A DNA stretch of 63,901 nt, counting the filler, from Octopus bimaculoides (taxonomy: Eukaryota): NCBI RefSeq assembly GCF_001194135.2. It is 7 parts of 7 records of this genome, joined end to end, with 100 filler letters (N's around TTAATTAATTAA, not from the genome) between each part and the next. Parts side by side here need not be neighbours in the genome. Positions count along the whole stretch, not along the records: positions 45,237 to 55,721 come from NC_068984.1; positions 55,822 to 57,979 come from NW_026433421.1; positions 58,080 to 63,901 come from NC_069009.1; 4 more parts are not named here. One strand, written 5' to 3'. Shown piece after piece: positions 49,691 through 61,830 of this stretch. A program made the position numbers and the translations under genes. The notes under the pieces are model-generated. The model was not told the origin of the DNA. It saw only the letters and a list, made by a program, of their open reading frames with translations, and made no database searches. Positions within the stretch are counted from its first letter, which is position 1, and each line of letters starts with the position of its first letter.

Positions 49691-50641
49691 CGAGAGAGTG
49701 TGTGTGTGCGTCTGTGAGTGTATTATTCAATATATCCTTTATTTACGACTGTTCAGCTGAATTTTGTAACTTCATCTAATCGTCAGAATAATTCCATTCT
49801 ATAAGTTATTTTCAAGAATACAACACTTGTAACGACAGCAGTTTGGCAACCAAAAAACAAAACGAAAGTTACAGAAGTGCACCTAAACGAAATCACACAA
49901 TTCTAAACAATGTTACATGGTCACATAAGTTCCCAGGGAGAGTTACATTTACCATCTTGTATATGATTACTGATCATGCGGTTCTCTCTCTTTTCTTCGT
50001 ATTTTTTTTTTTTTTTTTNNNNNNNNNNNNNNNNNNNNNNNNNNNNNNNNNNNNNNNNNNNNNNNNNNNNNNNNNNNNNNNNNNNNNNNNNNNNNNNNNN
50101 NNNNNNNNNNNNNNNNNNNNNNNNNNNNNNNNNNNNNNNNNNNNNNNNNNNNNNNNNNNNNNNNNNNNNNNNNNNNNNNNNNNNNNNNNNNNNNNNNNNN
50201 NNNNNNNNNNNNNNNNNNNNNNNNNNNNNNNNNNNNNNNNNNNNNNNNNNNNNNNNNNNNNNNNNNNNNNNNNNNNNNNNNNNNNNNNNNNNNNNNNNNN
50301 NNNNNNNNNNNNNNNNNNNNNNNNNNNNNNNNNNNNNNNNNNNNNNNNNNNNNNNNNNNNNNNNNNNNNNNNNNNNNNNNNNNNNNNNNNNNNNNNNNNN
50401 NNNNNNNNNNNNNNNNNNNNNNNNNNNNNNNNNNNNNNNNNNNNNNNNNNNNNNNNNNNNNNNNNNNNNNNNNNNNNNNNNNNNNNNNNNNNNNNNNNNN
50501 NNNNNNNNNNNNNNNNNNNNNNNNNNNNNNNNNNNNNNNNNNNNNNNNNNNNNNNNNNNNNNNNNNNNNNNNNNNNNNNNNNNNNNNNNNNNNNNNNNNN
50601 NNNNNNNNNNNNNNNNNNNNNNNNNNNNNNNNNNNNNNNNN

Positions 50642-50672
<31 letters not shown>

Positions 50673-51536
50673 AAGAGTGAGAGAGAGAAAGAAAAGGAGA
50701 GAGCAAACCGAAGTTACTTGTATATTATTATATCCATATCTGTGGGTAGAACTCCTAGTTAGTCGCTGTTCAATATGGATGACAAATTCAGTCAATAAAC
50801 TCTCAATTGTCTTTAAAATGGAGACTACATGCTCTAGGGCCATATCTACAGCAGCACAAATATGATCCCATGAATTATATAATGTTTTGACTCTCATTTT
50901 TATCCAATCATTGACACTTAGTTATAAACCTTACTGAAGACGTTAAATTATATTTTGGCTAAGATAACTCGAAACTAATGAGGAATATGATTCTCTAGGT
51001 GAAACTGAGATTAGATTAACTTAATTTTTTTCGTCCATCAAAGGTCAATAAATTATGAAAAATTCGTACATTTTTTATACGACGAATTGCCAACAGCTAC
51101 GACATTACTACCTAATTGGTGTTATTTTGATAGTGCAAATGTTGCACCAAAAAATATGGTTGGTTGCAAATTGTCTAGAATCGAAATTTGCTGGATAATC
51201 TAAAAATTTGAAATTAATGGTGCTGCTTACGGCAGAAACCGTTTATGTCTCATGGGATGTATTCACTTTCTTGAAGAAGGGGTCGGCATAATTTTTAGAC
51301 AAAATGAAGAGTCGTCTGAAAATTTAGGTTTCTAAATTCCATTAGTTTTTATATATACTCTCAAAAAATAGATTCCATGTGTGCTGCGATTGCTAAACAT
51401 ATTTTCTCACTATACTTATGCTATAACGCACAGAATTTCCGAACATTGATTGTAAAATTTGTTCGTATATATGAAATAAATTCAGTTGGTCACCGCAATA
51501 TATTTCCCATGGCTGTTGCTGGTACTACTGAGGTGA

Positions 51537-51650
51537 GCTGGTGCGTTTATCTTAATGGCCTACCAATGTATACAGTGCGTTTCTCTGCCCTATGAATCAG
51601 GAAGACACCCGGCAAGAAATGGAAACAGAATTGAAAGATGATAATGAAAA
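51537..51650 (+). mobile_element. Short retroposed element family X
   Basis: Matches 52594-52700 and 13088-13170; runs into (TAA)n. Confidence 0.65.
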
Positions 51651-51652
51651 TG

Positions 51653-51703
<51 letters not shown>

Positions 51704-51706
<3 letters not shown>

Positions 51707-52030
51707 TGGAAAAACTTTCAAAATACAAAGACCTGGAAATAGAGATAACTCGAATGTGGAATCTAAAAACAGAAACAATTCCTATCATAGTAGGTGCCTT
51801 AGGTATAATAAAAAAAAAATCAGACAAATACATAACAAAAACACCAGGACTTACAAATATATATAACATACAGAAAATTGCACTACTGGGCACTTCACAC
51901 ATCCTACGCAAAACACTTTCAATACAGTAAACATAAGAGCACCACAGCAAACCACAGCACATACCCAAGGCGCACAGAGCTGCGCTCGGTAGTGAAGTGA
52001 AAGCACGTTATAAAAATAAAACTACTGAAC
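51704..52030 (+). mobile_element. R4/Dong-clade element 3' end (restriction-like endonuclease C-terminus plus 3' UTR) between two (TAA)n arrays
   Basis: EKLSKYKDLEIEITRMWNLKTETIPIIVGALG...IQKIALLGTSHILRKTLSIQ* shows the K-x-x-KY-x-DL and P-x-x-VGALG motifs of REL endonucleases; arrays at about 51653-51703 and 52031-52081. Confidence 0.9.
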
Positions 52031-52081
<51 letters not shown>

Positions 52082-52083
<2 letters not shown>

Positions 52084-52590
52084 AAGGTCAGCAATTTTGA
52101 AGGTAGCTAGTGAGTCGATACCATCAACCCCAGTACTTCTCTAGTACTTTATTTTATCGACCTCGAAACAGGCAATGTTAACTTCGGTGGGATTTGTAAT
52201 CGTAACGTAAAGAGCCAGGGGAAATGCTGCAAAGTATTTTGTCCGAAGCGTTAACAATTCCTTTAGCTCGCAAACCTAAATTGCTTCCAAAGTTGACACA
52301 AGGCCATCAGTTTCATGGGAAGCGAGCCAGTCGACTCAGTCGACTTCAGTACTTAATTCTACTTTATTATATCGACCCCGGAGAAACAAACGGCAAAATT
52401 CACGTCGGCAGGATTTGAACTCAGGGAGTAAAGAACTGAAATAAATACCTCAAAGCATTTCTTCTGGTTCTCTAACGATTCTGCCAGCTCGACAATAATA
52501 TTGGTTTCAAATTTTGGCATGATATCAGCAATTTCGGTGGGGGAGGAGGTAACCGATTACATCGACTCCAATGTTCAACTGGTACATTGA
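52082..52590 (-). mobile_element. Cluster of three SINE family A copies
   Basis: Repeated ...gtacttaatt/tattttatcgacc(t/c)cg...gatttgaactc...ttctgccagctcg blocks. Confidence 0.7.
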
Positions 52591-52593
52591 ACC

Positions 52594-52700
52594 TGGTGTG
52601 TTTATCTTAATGGTCTACCAATGTATACAGTGCGTTTCTCTGCCTTATGAGTTAGGAAAGACACTCGACAAGGAATGGAAACAGAATTGAAAGATAATAA
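52594..52700 (+). mobile_element. Short retroposed element family X with a 14-bp target-site duplication
   Basis: tggtacattgaacc at 52580-52593 and 52701-52714 flank the element, which ends in gataataa. Confidence 0.8.
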
Positions 52701-53674
52701 TGGTACATTGAACCAAGTTGTTTCTATGAATAAATACAGGCTCTCCATCATCACTAACCACGTTATAAAATCTTTGTATTCTTGAAATTGTCGTACAACT
52801 TGTCATACAAACGTAACAGCTTTCACTTGAATAACTACCATCTTTAACGGTATCGGTACATTATCATGACTTGAACAACGTCAACAACTTGCTTATCAGT
52901 CTGGTCTGATTGTTGGCCCACATCCTTCAGAAGCAAAGTAACACATAGCAAGTATCTTGAGAAGTGTTACTACTGTGAGTCAAAAGAGACCATGGAATAA
53001 TAGTGACTGAGCGGTAGTTTCACAATCTTTAAAACCTTGGAACTCCCGAACCAGGGCCCAATTGCCGAATGTATGCATATATATATATATANNNNNNNNN
53101 NNNNNNNNNNNNNNNNNNNNNNNNNNNNNNNNNNNNNNNNNNNNNNNNNNNNNNNNNNNNNNNNNNNNNNNNNNNNNNNNNNNNNNNNNNNNNNNNNNNN
53201 NNNNNNNNNNNNNNNNNNNNNNNNNNNNNNNNNNNNNNNNNNNNNNNNNNNNNNNNNNNNNNNNNNNNNNNNNNNNNNNNNNNNNNNNNNNNNNNNNNNN
53301 NNNNNNNNNNNNNNNNNNNNNNNNNNNNNNNNNNNNNNNNNNNNNNNNNNNNNNNNNNNNNNNNNNNNNNNNNNNNNNNNNNNNNNNNNNNNNNNNNNNN
53401 NNNNNNNNNNNNNNNNNNNNNNNNNNNNNNNNNNNNNNNNNNNNNNNNNNNNNNNNNNNNNNNNNNNNNNNNNNNNNNNNNNNNNNNNNNNNNNNNNNNN
53501 NNNNNNNNNNNNNNNNNNNNNNNNNNNNNNNNNNNNNNNNNNNNNNNNNNNNNNNNNNNNNNNNNNNNNNNNNNNNNNNNNNNNNNNNNNNNNNNNNNNN
53601 NNNNNNNNNNNNNNNNNNNNNNNNNNNNNNNNNNNNNNNNNNNNNNNNNNNNNNNNNNTATTATATATATATAG

Positions 53675-53920
53675 TGGAGGCGCGCGGCTTAGTGGTTAGG
53701 GTGTCAGCATCATGATCGGAAGATTGTGGTTTCGATTCCTGGACCGGGCGATGCGTTGTGTTCTTGAGCAAAACACTTCATTCCACGTTGCTCCAGTCCA
53801 CTCAGCTGGCAAAAATGAGTAACTCTGCGATGGGCTGGCGTCCCATCCAGCTGGGGAACACATAGGCCATTGAAACCGGGAAACCGGGCCTATGAGCCTG
53901 GCTACACTTTAAAAGGGCGA
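53675..53920 (+). mobile_element. tRNA-headed SINE family C, young copy
   Basis: A-box-like ggcttagtggttagg and B-box-like gtttcgattcc; CpG-rich body. Confidence 0.85.
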
Positions 53921-54164
53921 ATATATAGATATATATATATACATATATATATACATATATATATACATATATATATATATACATATATAAATACATACAT
54001 ACATATACATACATACATACATACACACATATATACATGTATGTGTGTGTGTATGTGTGTGTAATTTGGGTACTAAGAAGCACCAGCTTTGCTAAAAATA
54101 GGAGTTATAAAAAAACTCCGATGCCACAGTACTGTGGCTTCGGAGGTTTTATGACTCCTATTTT

Positions 54165-54205
<41 letters not shown>

Positions 54206-54466
54206 GATAACCAATTCTATAAGCACTCATGATAGATAGATAGATAGATAGNNNNNNNNNNAAGCACTCAGGTGAAAAAGCTACGTATCGCTAACCAAAG
54301 TTGGTGAAGGATTTTTTTTTTTTTTTTATTCTACACTGCGAGTTGTGAAACTAAACTATATCAGCTTTGGGGTTGTATTTTGATCTTACGTCAACATCGA
54401 CAAACCACTAATATCTTCTCTGTCTATTACCATATGAACAGATGTAAAACTGCTCCCTCCATCTTT

Positions 54467-54765
<299 letters not shown>

Positions 54766-55584
54766 ATGTAGCAAAGATGGTGCGTGCGAGTGACGATACC
54801 TCTTTGAGCATGATCCTATGAGGTTACCATGGTCTTTTCCGTAGGCTTTTCTCTCCATGGATAAACCTAATGTTACCCCATTTTAAACAATTGACATTTT
54901 CTGTGATATACGATACCCCAATTTTTTTTTTTTTTTTTTTTGCCCCTACCGATCCCTTTTGATTGGATTTTTTTTTTCTTTCTTTCTTAAAGAAAAGCTC
55001 TACAGTTGCATTTGTCCCCTCTGTGTGCAGCCTTGTGTGGCTAATAAAAGAAAGTTATCTATCTATCTATCTATCTATATATATATATATAGATAGCACG
55101 TACGCATATACATATCTGCATGCCCAACTACCTATTAACATAATTCTTTTAACTAGCCTTCTTTCTCTTTCTCTCTCTGTTAATTTCTCTCTATCCCTTT
55201 CTCCCTCTCTCTCTATCTCTCTCTCACTTAATACACACACACGTGAACACGAATACGTGTGTGTTTGTGTGTGTGTGCGTGCGTGTGCGAGTACCGATAT
55301 ATATATATGAAAATATATATATATATATTAGCATATGCATATATATATATATATATATAGATATAGATATATATCTGTAATAATTGGGCAGGTGCAAAGT
55401 GCACACTCACATTCCTTCATTATTCGTACGATGCATGCAAATTCGTTTATAGAATTATATATTCATATTCATGTGTATGCATGTGTATATTCAAACACCC
55501 ATGAAGACAGATATCCAAACAGATTCACTTTCACACTGAGAAATATGTAGTATCTGTAGTATGTGCACAAGCAGCTTAATATTA

Positions 55585-55624
<40 letters not shown>

Positions 55625-55919
55625 TCTGGCCGTAAAGCCTTTTCTGTTTGTTTTCCTGTCTTGTTTTTCGTCCGCCACTACATTCCTCCATGGCTAGATT
55701 TAATTTGCGTATACAAATTTANNNNNNNNNNNNNNNNNNNNNNNNNNNNNNNNNNNNNNNNNNNNTTAATTAATTAANNNNNNNNNNNNNNNNNNNNNNN
55801 NNNNNNNNNNNNNNNNNNNNNTATATATATATATATATATACATACACACACAAACACACACACACACACATATATATACATATATACATATATATAGTG
55901 AGAATTTAAAAAGAAAAAA

Positions 55920-56030
55920 CGAAAACGAAGACGATTGTGTAAACAACAAACAGAAGTATTAGTTTAACGCTCGGGAAGTGAGAACATCTTTCATTTTGAG
56001 TTTACGCTCTTCGACAGACAGTAACACAAA
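55920..56030 (-). mobile_element. Second copy of the 5.5 kb PLE-type terminal repeat, hammerhead core degenerate
   Basis: gtaaacaacaaa...gtattagtttaacgctcgggaagtgaga...tacgctcttcgacaga. Confidence 0.55.
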
Positions 56031-56244
56031 AATAAACAGGGAGAGAAAATAGAAAAAGTTTAGTGGGTAGCGATAGGACAGCCATTTTCGTTCGTTGGCA
56101 CATTTTCGTTTGAATGCGTTCAAGAACATTTCTTTTCAACAAAGGCCAAGATGAAACGAAAACCAACTAAAGAACGGACAACATTATTTTATAGGAATTT
56201 ACCTCTGGTATTCCGCATGTTATGACGACGAGTGGTACATTTAA

Positions 56245-56372
56245 ACCGGAAGATCTTGCAAGAGGCTATCTCCATGACTACACACTTTAGCAAAGTCATT
56301 GAATGAATAGTCAAAGGGAAATTAATTGCACTCCTTGAAGAAAATGACTTACTGTGTAACACAGGTTGGAGC
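56245..56372 (+). mobile_element. CR1/L2-type LINE RT fragment
   Basis: ISMTTHFSKVIE*IVKGKLIALLEENDLLCNT resembles ISLTSHxxKxxERIV...FLEENxLL. Confidence 0.65.
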
Positions 56373-57234
56373 TGCTCCTCATAGCTTCTACAGTACTAGT
56401 GAAATTATGACGTAGCTCCCAGATGAATCAGTGTGTCACAGAGCTTGGCAATGCTGTCCCTCTGAAATAAAGGTGGTTCTTGTTATTGCTAGATGAGTGT
56501 ATGGAACAACGAAAATCGACACGTTTTGCTCAACGGCACAGTGCGTCACTGGGAATCGATGTCATGACCTTACAATTGTGAGCCAACTGCCCAAATCGCT
56601 AAGCCATGTGACTTCACTTAATGAGTTGCTACACACACAGAAACACACACACGTGCATATGTATAAAAGTACATAGTTTGATATAAACATATGTATATAT
56701 NNNNNNNNNNNNNNNNNNNNNNNNNNNNNNNNNNNNNNNNNNNNNNNNNNNNNNNNNNNNNNNNNNNNNNNNNNNNNNNNNNNNNNNNNNNNNNNNNNNN
56801 NNNNNNNNNNNNNNNNNNNNNNNNNNNNNNNNNNNNNNNNNNNNNNNNNNNNNNNNNNNNNNNNNNNNNNNNNNNNNNNNNNNNNNNNNNNNNNNNNNNN
56901 NNNNNNNNNNNNNNNNNNNNNNNNNNNNNNNNNNNNNNNNNNNNNNNNNNNNNNNNNNNNNNNNNNNNNNNNNNNNNNNNNNNNNNNNNNNNNNNNNNNN
57001 NNNNNNNNNNNNNNNNNNNNNNNNNNNNNNNNNNNNNNNNNNNNNNNNNNNNNNNNNNNNNNNNNNNNNNNNNNNNNNNNNNNNNNNNNNNNNNNNNNNN
57101 NNNNNNNNNNNNNNNNNNNNNNNNNNNNNNNNNNNNNNNNNNNNNNNNNNNNNNNNNNNNNNNNNNNNNNNNNNNNNNNNNNNNNNNNNNNNNNNNNNNN
57201 NNNNNNNNNNNNNNNNNNNNNNNNNNNNNNNNNN

Positions 57235-57283
<49 letters not shown>

Positions 57284-58315
57284 GAGAGAGAAAGAGAGAA
57301 AGAGAGAGTGTGTGTATAAGAGCGATATGTATCTATATTTGTATGTGAATGTGCGTCCAAGTATACATATGGGTGCGTGTGTATGCGAAGACTAAAATTC
57401 ACGCCTTTAAAGTACTTTATTTATGCCAACACATTTCCTAACAAAATGAGGGTCTTGAACTGTGATGTACATTGACATTAGTGAAGTACCAACTTCGCAG
57501 CGGATGCCAATCTTAGATTTTGGCAATTATAAGGATGATAGTGCTGTATTGGGAACGTATGGTGTAGGTGAGGTCAATTATTATGGAAATGATAAACACG
57601 ATGATATTTATGAATGAGCTGTAGAAATTTATGAAGATGTTTGTTTGTGGTTGCAATGTTAATCATGTCGGCGTCTGTCATCAGTAGGCGTGTGGTGTTG
57701 ATGTTGTTGTTTGTAGTGGTGGTGTTGATTTTGGTGATTGTATTAACTGACTTACAAATTGTGTGTGAGGAAATCAGTCATATTTGGCACCGGCTGAAAA
57801 ATATCTACCTCACAGCAATTGCTAGGACTGTTTGCCAAATTTAATTATTCCGCTTTTGTAAAACCGAAGCAGAGTGCCAATAAAATATTAGATATTAATT
57901 CGTTAATGATTACTGTGTATGACTAGACATACGTACATGCATAGCTATAAATCTGTACACACACCTATATATATATATANNNNNNNNNNNNNNNNNNNNN
58001 NNNNNNNNNNNNNNNNNNNNNNNTTAATTAATTAANNNNNNNNNNNNNNNNNNNNNNNNNNNNNNNNNNNNNNNNNNNNATACACACACATATCTATATA
58101 GCCTTATTATTAAAGTGTGTAATTAAAATTCTTGCATTTTAAATCAAAACTTGTTAGTTGCTATGATGACGACACTACCTATTTATCTTTCATGCACACA
58201 CACTCTCTCTCTCTCAACAACCTATTTTCCCTCCCTTTTCTTCTATTCAAAGTGAAAGTCTTTTTTGAAGTCTACATTGCATTGTCATATATTGAAAGAC
58301 ACAGAGAAACACCTG

Positions 58316-58353
<38 letters not shown>

Positions 58354-58533
58354 AATAACTATAAGTTACTTATAGGTTGTTTGTTCCCCTCATCTTTGTA
58401 AAGTCAGAGTTGTAGAAAAGCTGTTTGTGGCACTCATCTGTGAATTCTTTATCCTTATATTTTGCTTATTTCAGTCACTGGGCTCTGGTCACACTGAGGT
58501 ACTGTATTTTTATATATATTTATTTTTTTTCAG

Positions 58534-58677
58534 ATCTTCCCAATCAAAATAAATTTCTAGTTAGGAAAACCAACCTGACAGTCATCAACCTTACACCTCA
58601 AGATGCCATGACCATCCAGTGTAACGTCAGTAATATCTATGGCTATGTATTCACTAACGTCTTTCTAAACGTCCTCG
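58534..58677 (+). CDS. Nrg: L1-family cell adhesion molecule (neuroglian-like), exon for the C-half of Ig4 (144 nt, phase 1-1)
   Basis: Acceptor ttttttttcag and donor G|gtgagt. LPNQNKFLVRKTNLTVINLTPQDAMTIQCNVSNIYGYVFTNVFLNVL resembles L1/NrCAM/Nrg Ig4 (QCNASNEYGYLLANAFVNVL). Confidence 0.88.
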
Positions 58678-58751
58678 GTGAGTATTGAACCCAGCACATC
58701 TTGTTACATGTCTCCTCCTTCTCCCCATTTGAGTAGTATACTGGACTGAAA

Positions 58752-58983
58752 GGCGACGAGCTGGCAGAGACGTTAGCACGCCGGGCGAAATGCTTAGCGG
58801 TATTTCGTCTGCCGCTACGTTCTGAGTTCAAATTCCGCCAAGGTCGACTTTGCCTTTCATCCTTTCGGGGTCGATTAAATAAGTACCAGTTACGCACTGG
58901 GGTCGGTATAATCGACTTAATCCGTTTGTCTGTCCTTGTTTGTCCCCTCTGTGTGTAGCCCCTTGTGGATAGTAAAGAAATAG
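58752..58983 (+). mobile_element. SINE family A, young near-intact copy
   Basis: gagctggcagagacgttagcacgccgggcgaaatgcttagcgg...gagttcaaattccgcc...gtcgactttgcctttcatcctttcggggtcgattaaataagtaccag; all CpGs retained. Confidence 0.9.
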
Positions 58984-59759
58984 CACTGGAGAGAGACACT
59001 TTCCTTTGTGAGAAGATACACCCTACCCCCTTTAACGTTGAGAAAGTTAATGGAAAGAAAGTACTTCTGAACTCCCACCTAAGTTTTGAATTTGTTGAAG
59101 GGTAAGAGAAGTGAACTTGGTATGATTGATCAGGCCTGTTTTGAGCATGCTCCTGTAGGACAAGGGACAATGAGTGAGATAAACCACTTGCCCTTGGTGG
59201 TCAGGGTCTTTGAGGTTTTGCAGGGTTTTCCTTGATGGGCGCTATGGAGCTGTTCTAACTGTTGGGCAATATTTTGGTTAATTTGTTTGGATTTTTTGTC
59301 CTTTATAGTAGACCTATGTAAATCCCTCTCTAAATCCTTCACTTTGGTATGTATTTTCATTATTGTCATGGAGTTTTTTGTTTTTGTCCTTGTGTCTAAT
59401 AGAGAAATTATCATATCATGAAAATTGTTTGAAAACAATTATTTGAAAAACAATTATTTGAAATATATATCNNNNNNNNNNNNNNNNNNNNNNNNNNNNN
59501 NNNNNNNNNNNNNNNNNNNNNNNNNNNNNNNNNNNNNNNNNNNNNNNNNNNNNNNNNNNNNNNNNNNNNNNNNNNNNNNNNNNNNNNNNNNNNNNNNNNN
59601 NNNNNGTCTAATAGAGAAATTATCATATCATGAAAATTGTTTGAAAACAATTATTTGAAAAACAATTATTTGAAATATATATCATTTGTGTACTTGATTA
59701 TTATTAAGAACAAGGCTTGCAGAATCATTATCATACTAAATTAAGTGCTTAATTGTATT

Positions 59760-59925
59760 TCATCAGTTTTTAATATTCTGAGTTCAAATTCTCTCAGGGT
59801 CAACATTGTCTTTCATCCTTTTCGGGTCAATAAAAAGGATACTAGTTGAGCACAAGGGTCAATGTAATGTAAGCGCCCCCTTCCCTCAAATATCAGGCTT
59901 TTTACCTACGGTAGAAAGAAATATT
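59760..59925 (+). mobile_element. SINE family A, old copy ending about 30 nt before the next exon
   Basis: ttctgagttcaaattctc...gtcaacattgtctttcatccttttcgggtcaataaa. Confidence 0.7.
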
Positions 59926-59954
59926 ACATTTTTCTCTACACTCTTATTCTACAG

Positions 59955-60136
59955 CTGAAGCTCCAGAGTTGCTAGAACCGGCGAACATGATTCTGAAGAT
60001 CTCTGAGGGTCAGATAGTAAACATTACATGCAAGACGACTGGCTATAGTTCGGTGCAGGTGCTCTGGTCGAAGGACAACAAACAGATAACTGGTGGCAGG
60101 TATCGGACACTGAGCGATGGTAATCTAAACATCAAG
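59955..60136 (+). CDS. Nrg: Neuroglian-like exon for the N-part of Ig5 (182 nt, phase 1-0)
   Basis: Acceptor ttattctacag and donor AAG|gtcagt. AEAPELLEPANMILKISEGQIVNITCKTTGYSSVQVLWSKDNKQITGGRYRTLSDGNLNIK compares with the recalled fly Nrg AEPP...VTIKC...W...LTGGRYNVQANGDLEIQ. Confidence 0.9.
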
Positions 60137-60224
60137 GTCAGTAATAATGATAATAATTATTATTTCATTTCGTTTTTGGATTTGGTTTGCAAGAATTTTT
60201 ATGTGATTTCGTGTGTTGAAGCAT

Positions 60225-60433
60225 ATTCTGTTGTGTCTGGGGAGAGTCATTTTCTTATCGTGCCTTAAAATTTAACACTCACCGTTAAAATTTCCACTTA
60301 TTATTTTTATTTTCCTAGGAAAATAAGTGGAAATTTTTCCTAGGAAAATAAAAATAATAAGTGGAAATTTTAATGGTGAGTGTTAAATTTTAAGGCACGA
60401 TAAGAAAATGACTCTCCCTAGACACAACAGAAT
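60225..60433. repeat. Near-perfect 209-bp palindrome (99-bp arms, 11-nt spacer)
   Basis: 60225-60323 versus the reverse complement of 60335-60433 differ at only 2 positions. Confidence 0.95.
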
Positions 60434-60594
60434 TATTATTTCATTTATTTGGTGCCAGAGTGAAGGAGGAGGGGGGACAATACAAAGATGGGGTTTACAA
60501 ATATCATAGAAAAAAAATGCAAGTATACACAGTATACAATGGAAAGGAAAGGACATATGTTTAGTATAGAAAGATTAAAAAAAGCAGTGGGAGC

Positions 60595-60779
60595 CAGGGA
60601 GGAGTGGCTGTGTGGTAAGTAGCTTGCTTACAAACCACATGGTTCTGGGTTCAGTCCCACTGCGTGGCATCTTGGGCAAGTGTCTTCTACTATAGCCTCG
60701 GGCCAACCAAAGCCTTGTGAGTGGATTTGGTAAATGGAAACTGGAAGAAGCCCGTCGTATATATATATGTATGTATGTA

Positions 60780-60810
<31 letters not shown>

Positions 60811-60875
60811 TTGTGTGTCTGTTTGTTCCCCCCAGCATTGCTTGACAACCGATGCTGGTGTGTTTATGTCCCCGT
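60595..60875 (+). mobile_element. SINE family B, young copy (head, microsatellite, start of tail), cut by a gap
   Basis: ggagtggctgtgtggtaagtagcttgc...gggttcagtcccactgcgtggc...aaagccttgtgagtggatttgg...gaagcccgtcg. Confidence 0.9.
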
Positions 60876-61202
60876 NNNNNNNNNNNNNNNNNNNNNNNNN
60901 NNNNNNNNNNNNNNNNNNNNNNNNNNNNNNNNNNNNNNNNNNNNNNNNNNNNNNNNNNNNNNNNNNNNNNNNNNNNNNNNNNNNNNNNNNNNNNNNNNNN
61001 NNNNNNNNNNNNNNNNNNNNNNNNNNNNNNNNNNNNNNNNNNNNNNNNNNNNNNNNNNNNNNNNNNNNNNNNNNNNNNNNNNNNNNNNNNNNNNNNNNNN
61101 NNNNNNNNNNNNNNNNNNNNNNNNNNNNNNNNNNNNNNNNNNNNNNNNNNNNNNNNNNNNNNNNNNNNNNNNNNNNNNNNNNNNNNNNNNNNNNNNNNNN
61201 NN

Positions 61203-61830
61203 AAAAAGATGGGCTACAGCAAATATTCTGCTTAATACCACAGATTTGCTTGTCAGTTGTTTGACCTTAACCAGTTGAGCATGTCCCTTGGTGGCTGACG
61301 ATATGTCAGCCCGGATGCAGTACCAGGCAGTGGCTCTCATGGCTTCCGATCTTAATTGATTGGAAGTGTTATCATGTGCATTGTTTTGTCTTGGTATAAA
61401 AAGATGGGCTACAGCAAATATTCTGCTCAATACCACAGATTTGCCTGTCAGTTGTTTGACGTTAATCAGTTGAGCATGTCCCTTGGTGGCTGACGATATG
61501 TGCATCTCTGATCACGAGCAGAAATAGTGGGGGAGCATTGTAGCCATGTTTTGAGAGGAATTCTTTAAGGTTTGAATAATTCACATGTGTGTTTCGTTCA
61601 ACATCCTTAAACAACCCTTATTCATGGACCTTTTGAGTGGGATGGGCTACTCAACCTGAAGAAAATTCTAACTGGGCCCCACCTGCAAGGTCATGCACTG
61701 TTTAACTTGATATGAGATCATCATGTCGTGCATATATGGTTGTGATGCATGTGCCTGGTGTACCCTTATCAGACGGGTAGCCATGATGGGTATATTGGGC
61801 TTTGTATAATTTACCCCAGTGACACTTTGA
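61203..61830. mobile_element. Interspersed repeat with a duplicated segment of about 100 bp (61203-61305 / 61398-61500)
   Basis: aaaaagatgggctacagcaaatattctgc...gtggctgacgatatg occurs twice; family not identified. Confidence 0.5.

Noticed and set aside
50929-50983. CTGAAGA...TAACTC GAAA CTAATG AGG hammerhead-like string (similar weak cases at 13716-13746 and about 47100-47135)
   Set aside because: Helix II or the cleavage triplet is broken; too degenerate to call without a family consensus.
53675-53750. tRNA-like A/B boxes in SINE heads
   Set aside because: No complete cloverleaf or acceptor stem, and they continue into SINE bodies; not tRNA genes.
59130-59438. 102-aa minus-strand ORF in the neuroglian intron
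   Set aside because: Probably a LINE-derived fragment, but I could not identify a diagnostic motif.
59395-59682. Exact duplication of about 77 bp on both sides of a gap
   Set aside because: Typical unmerged contig overlap; probably a single copy in the genome.
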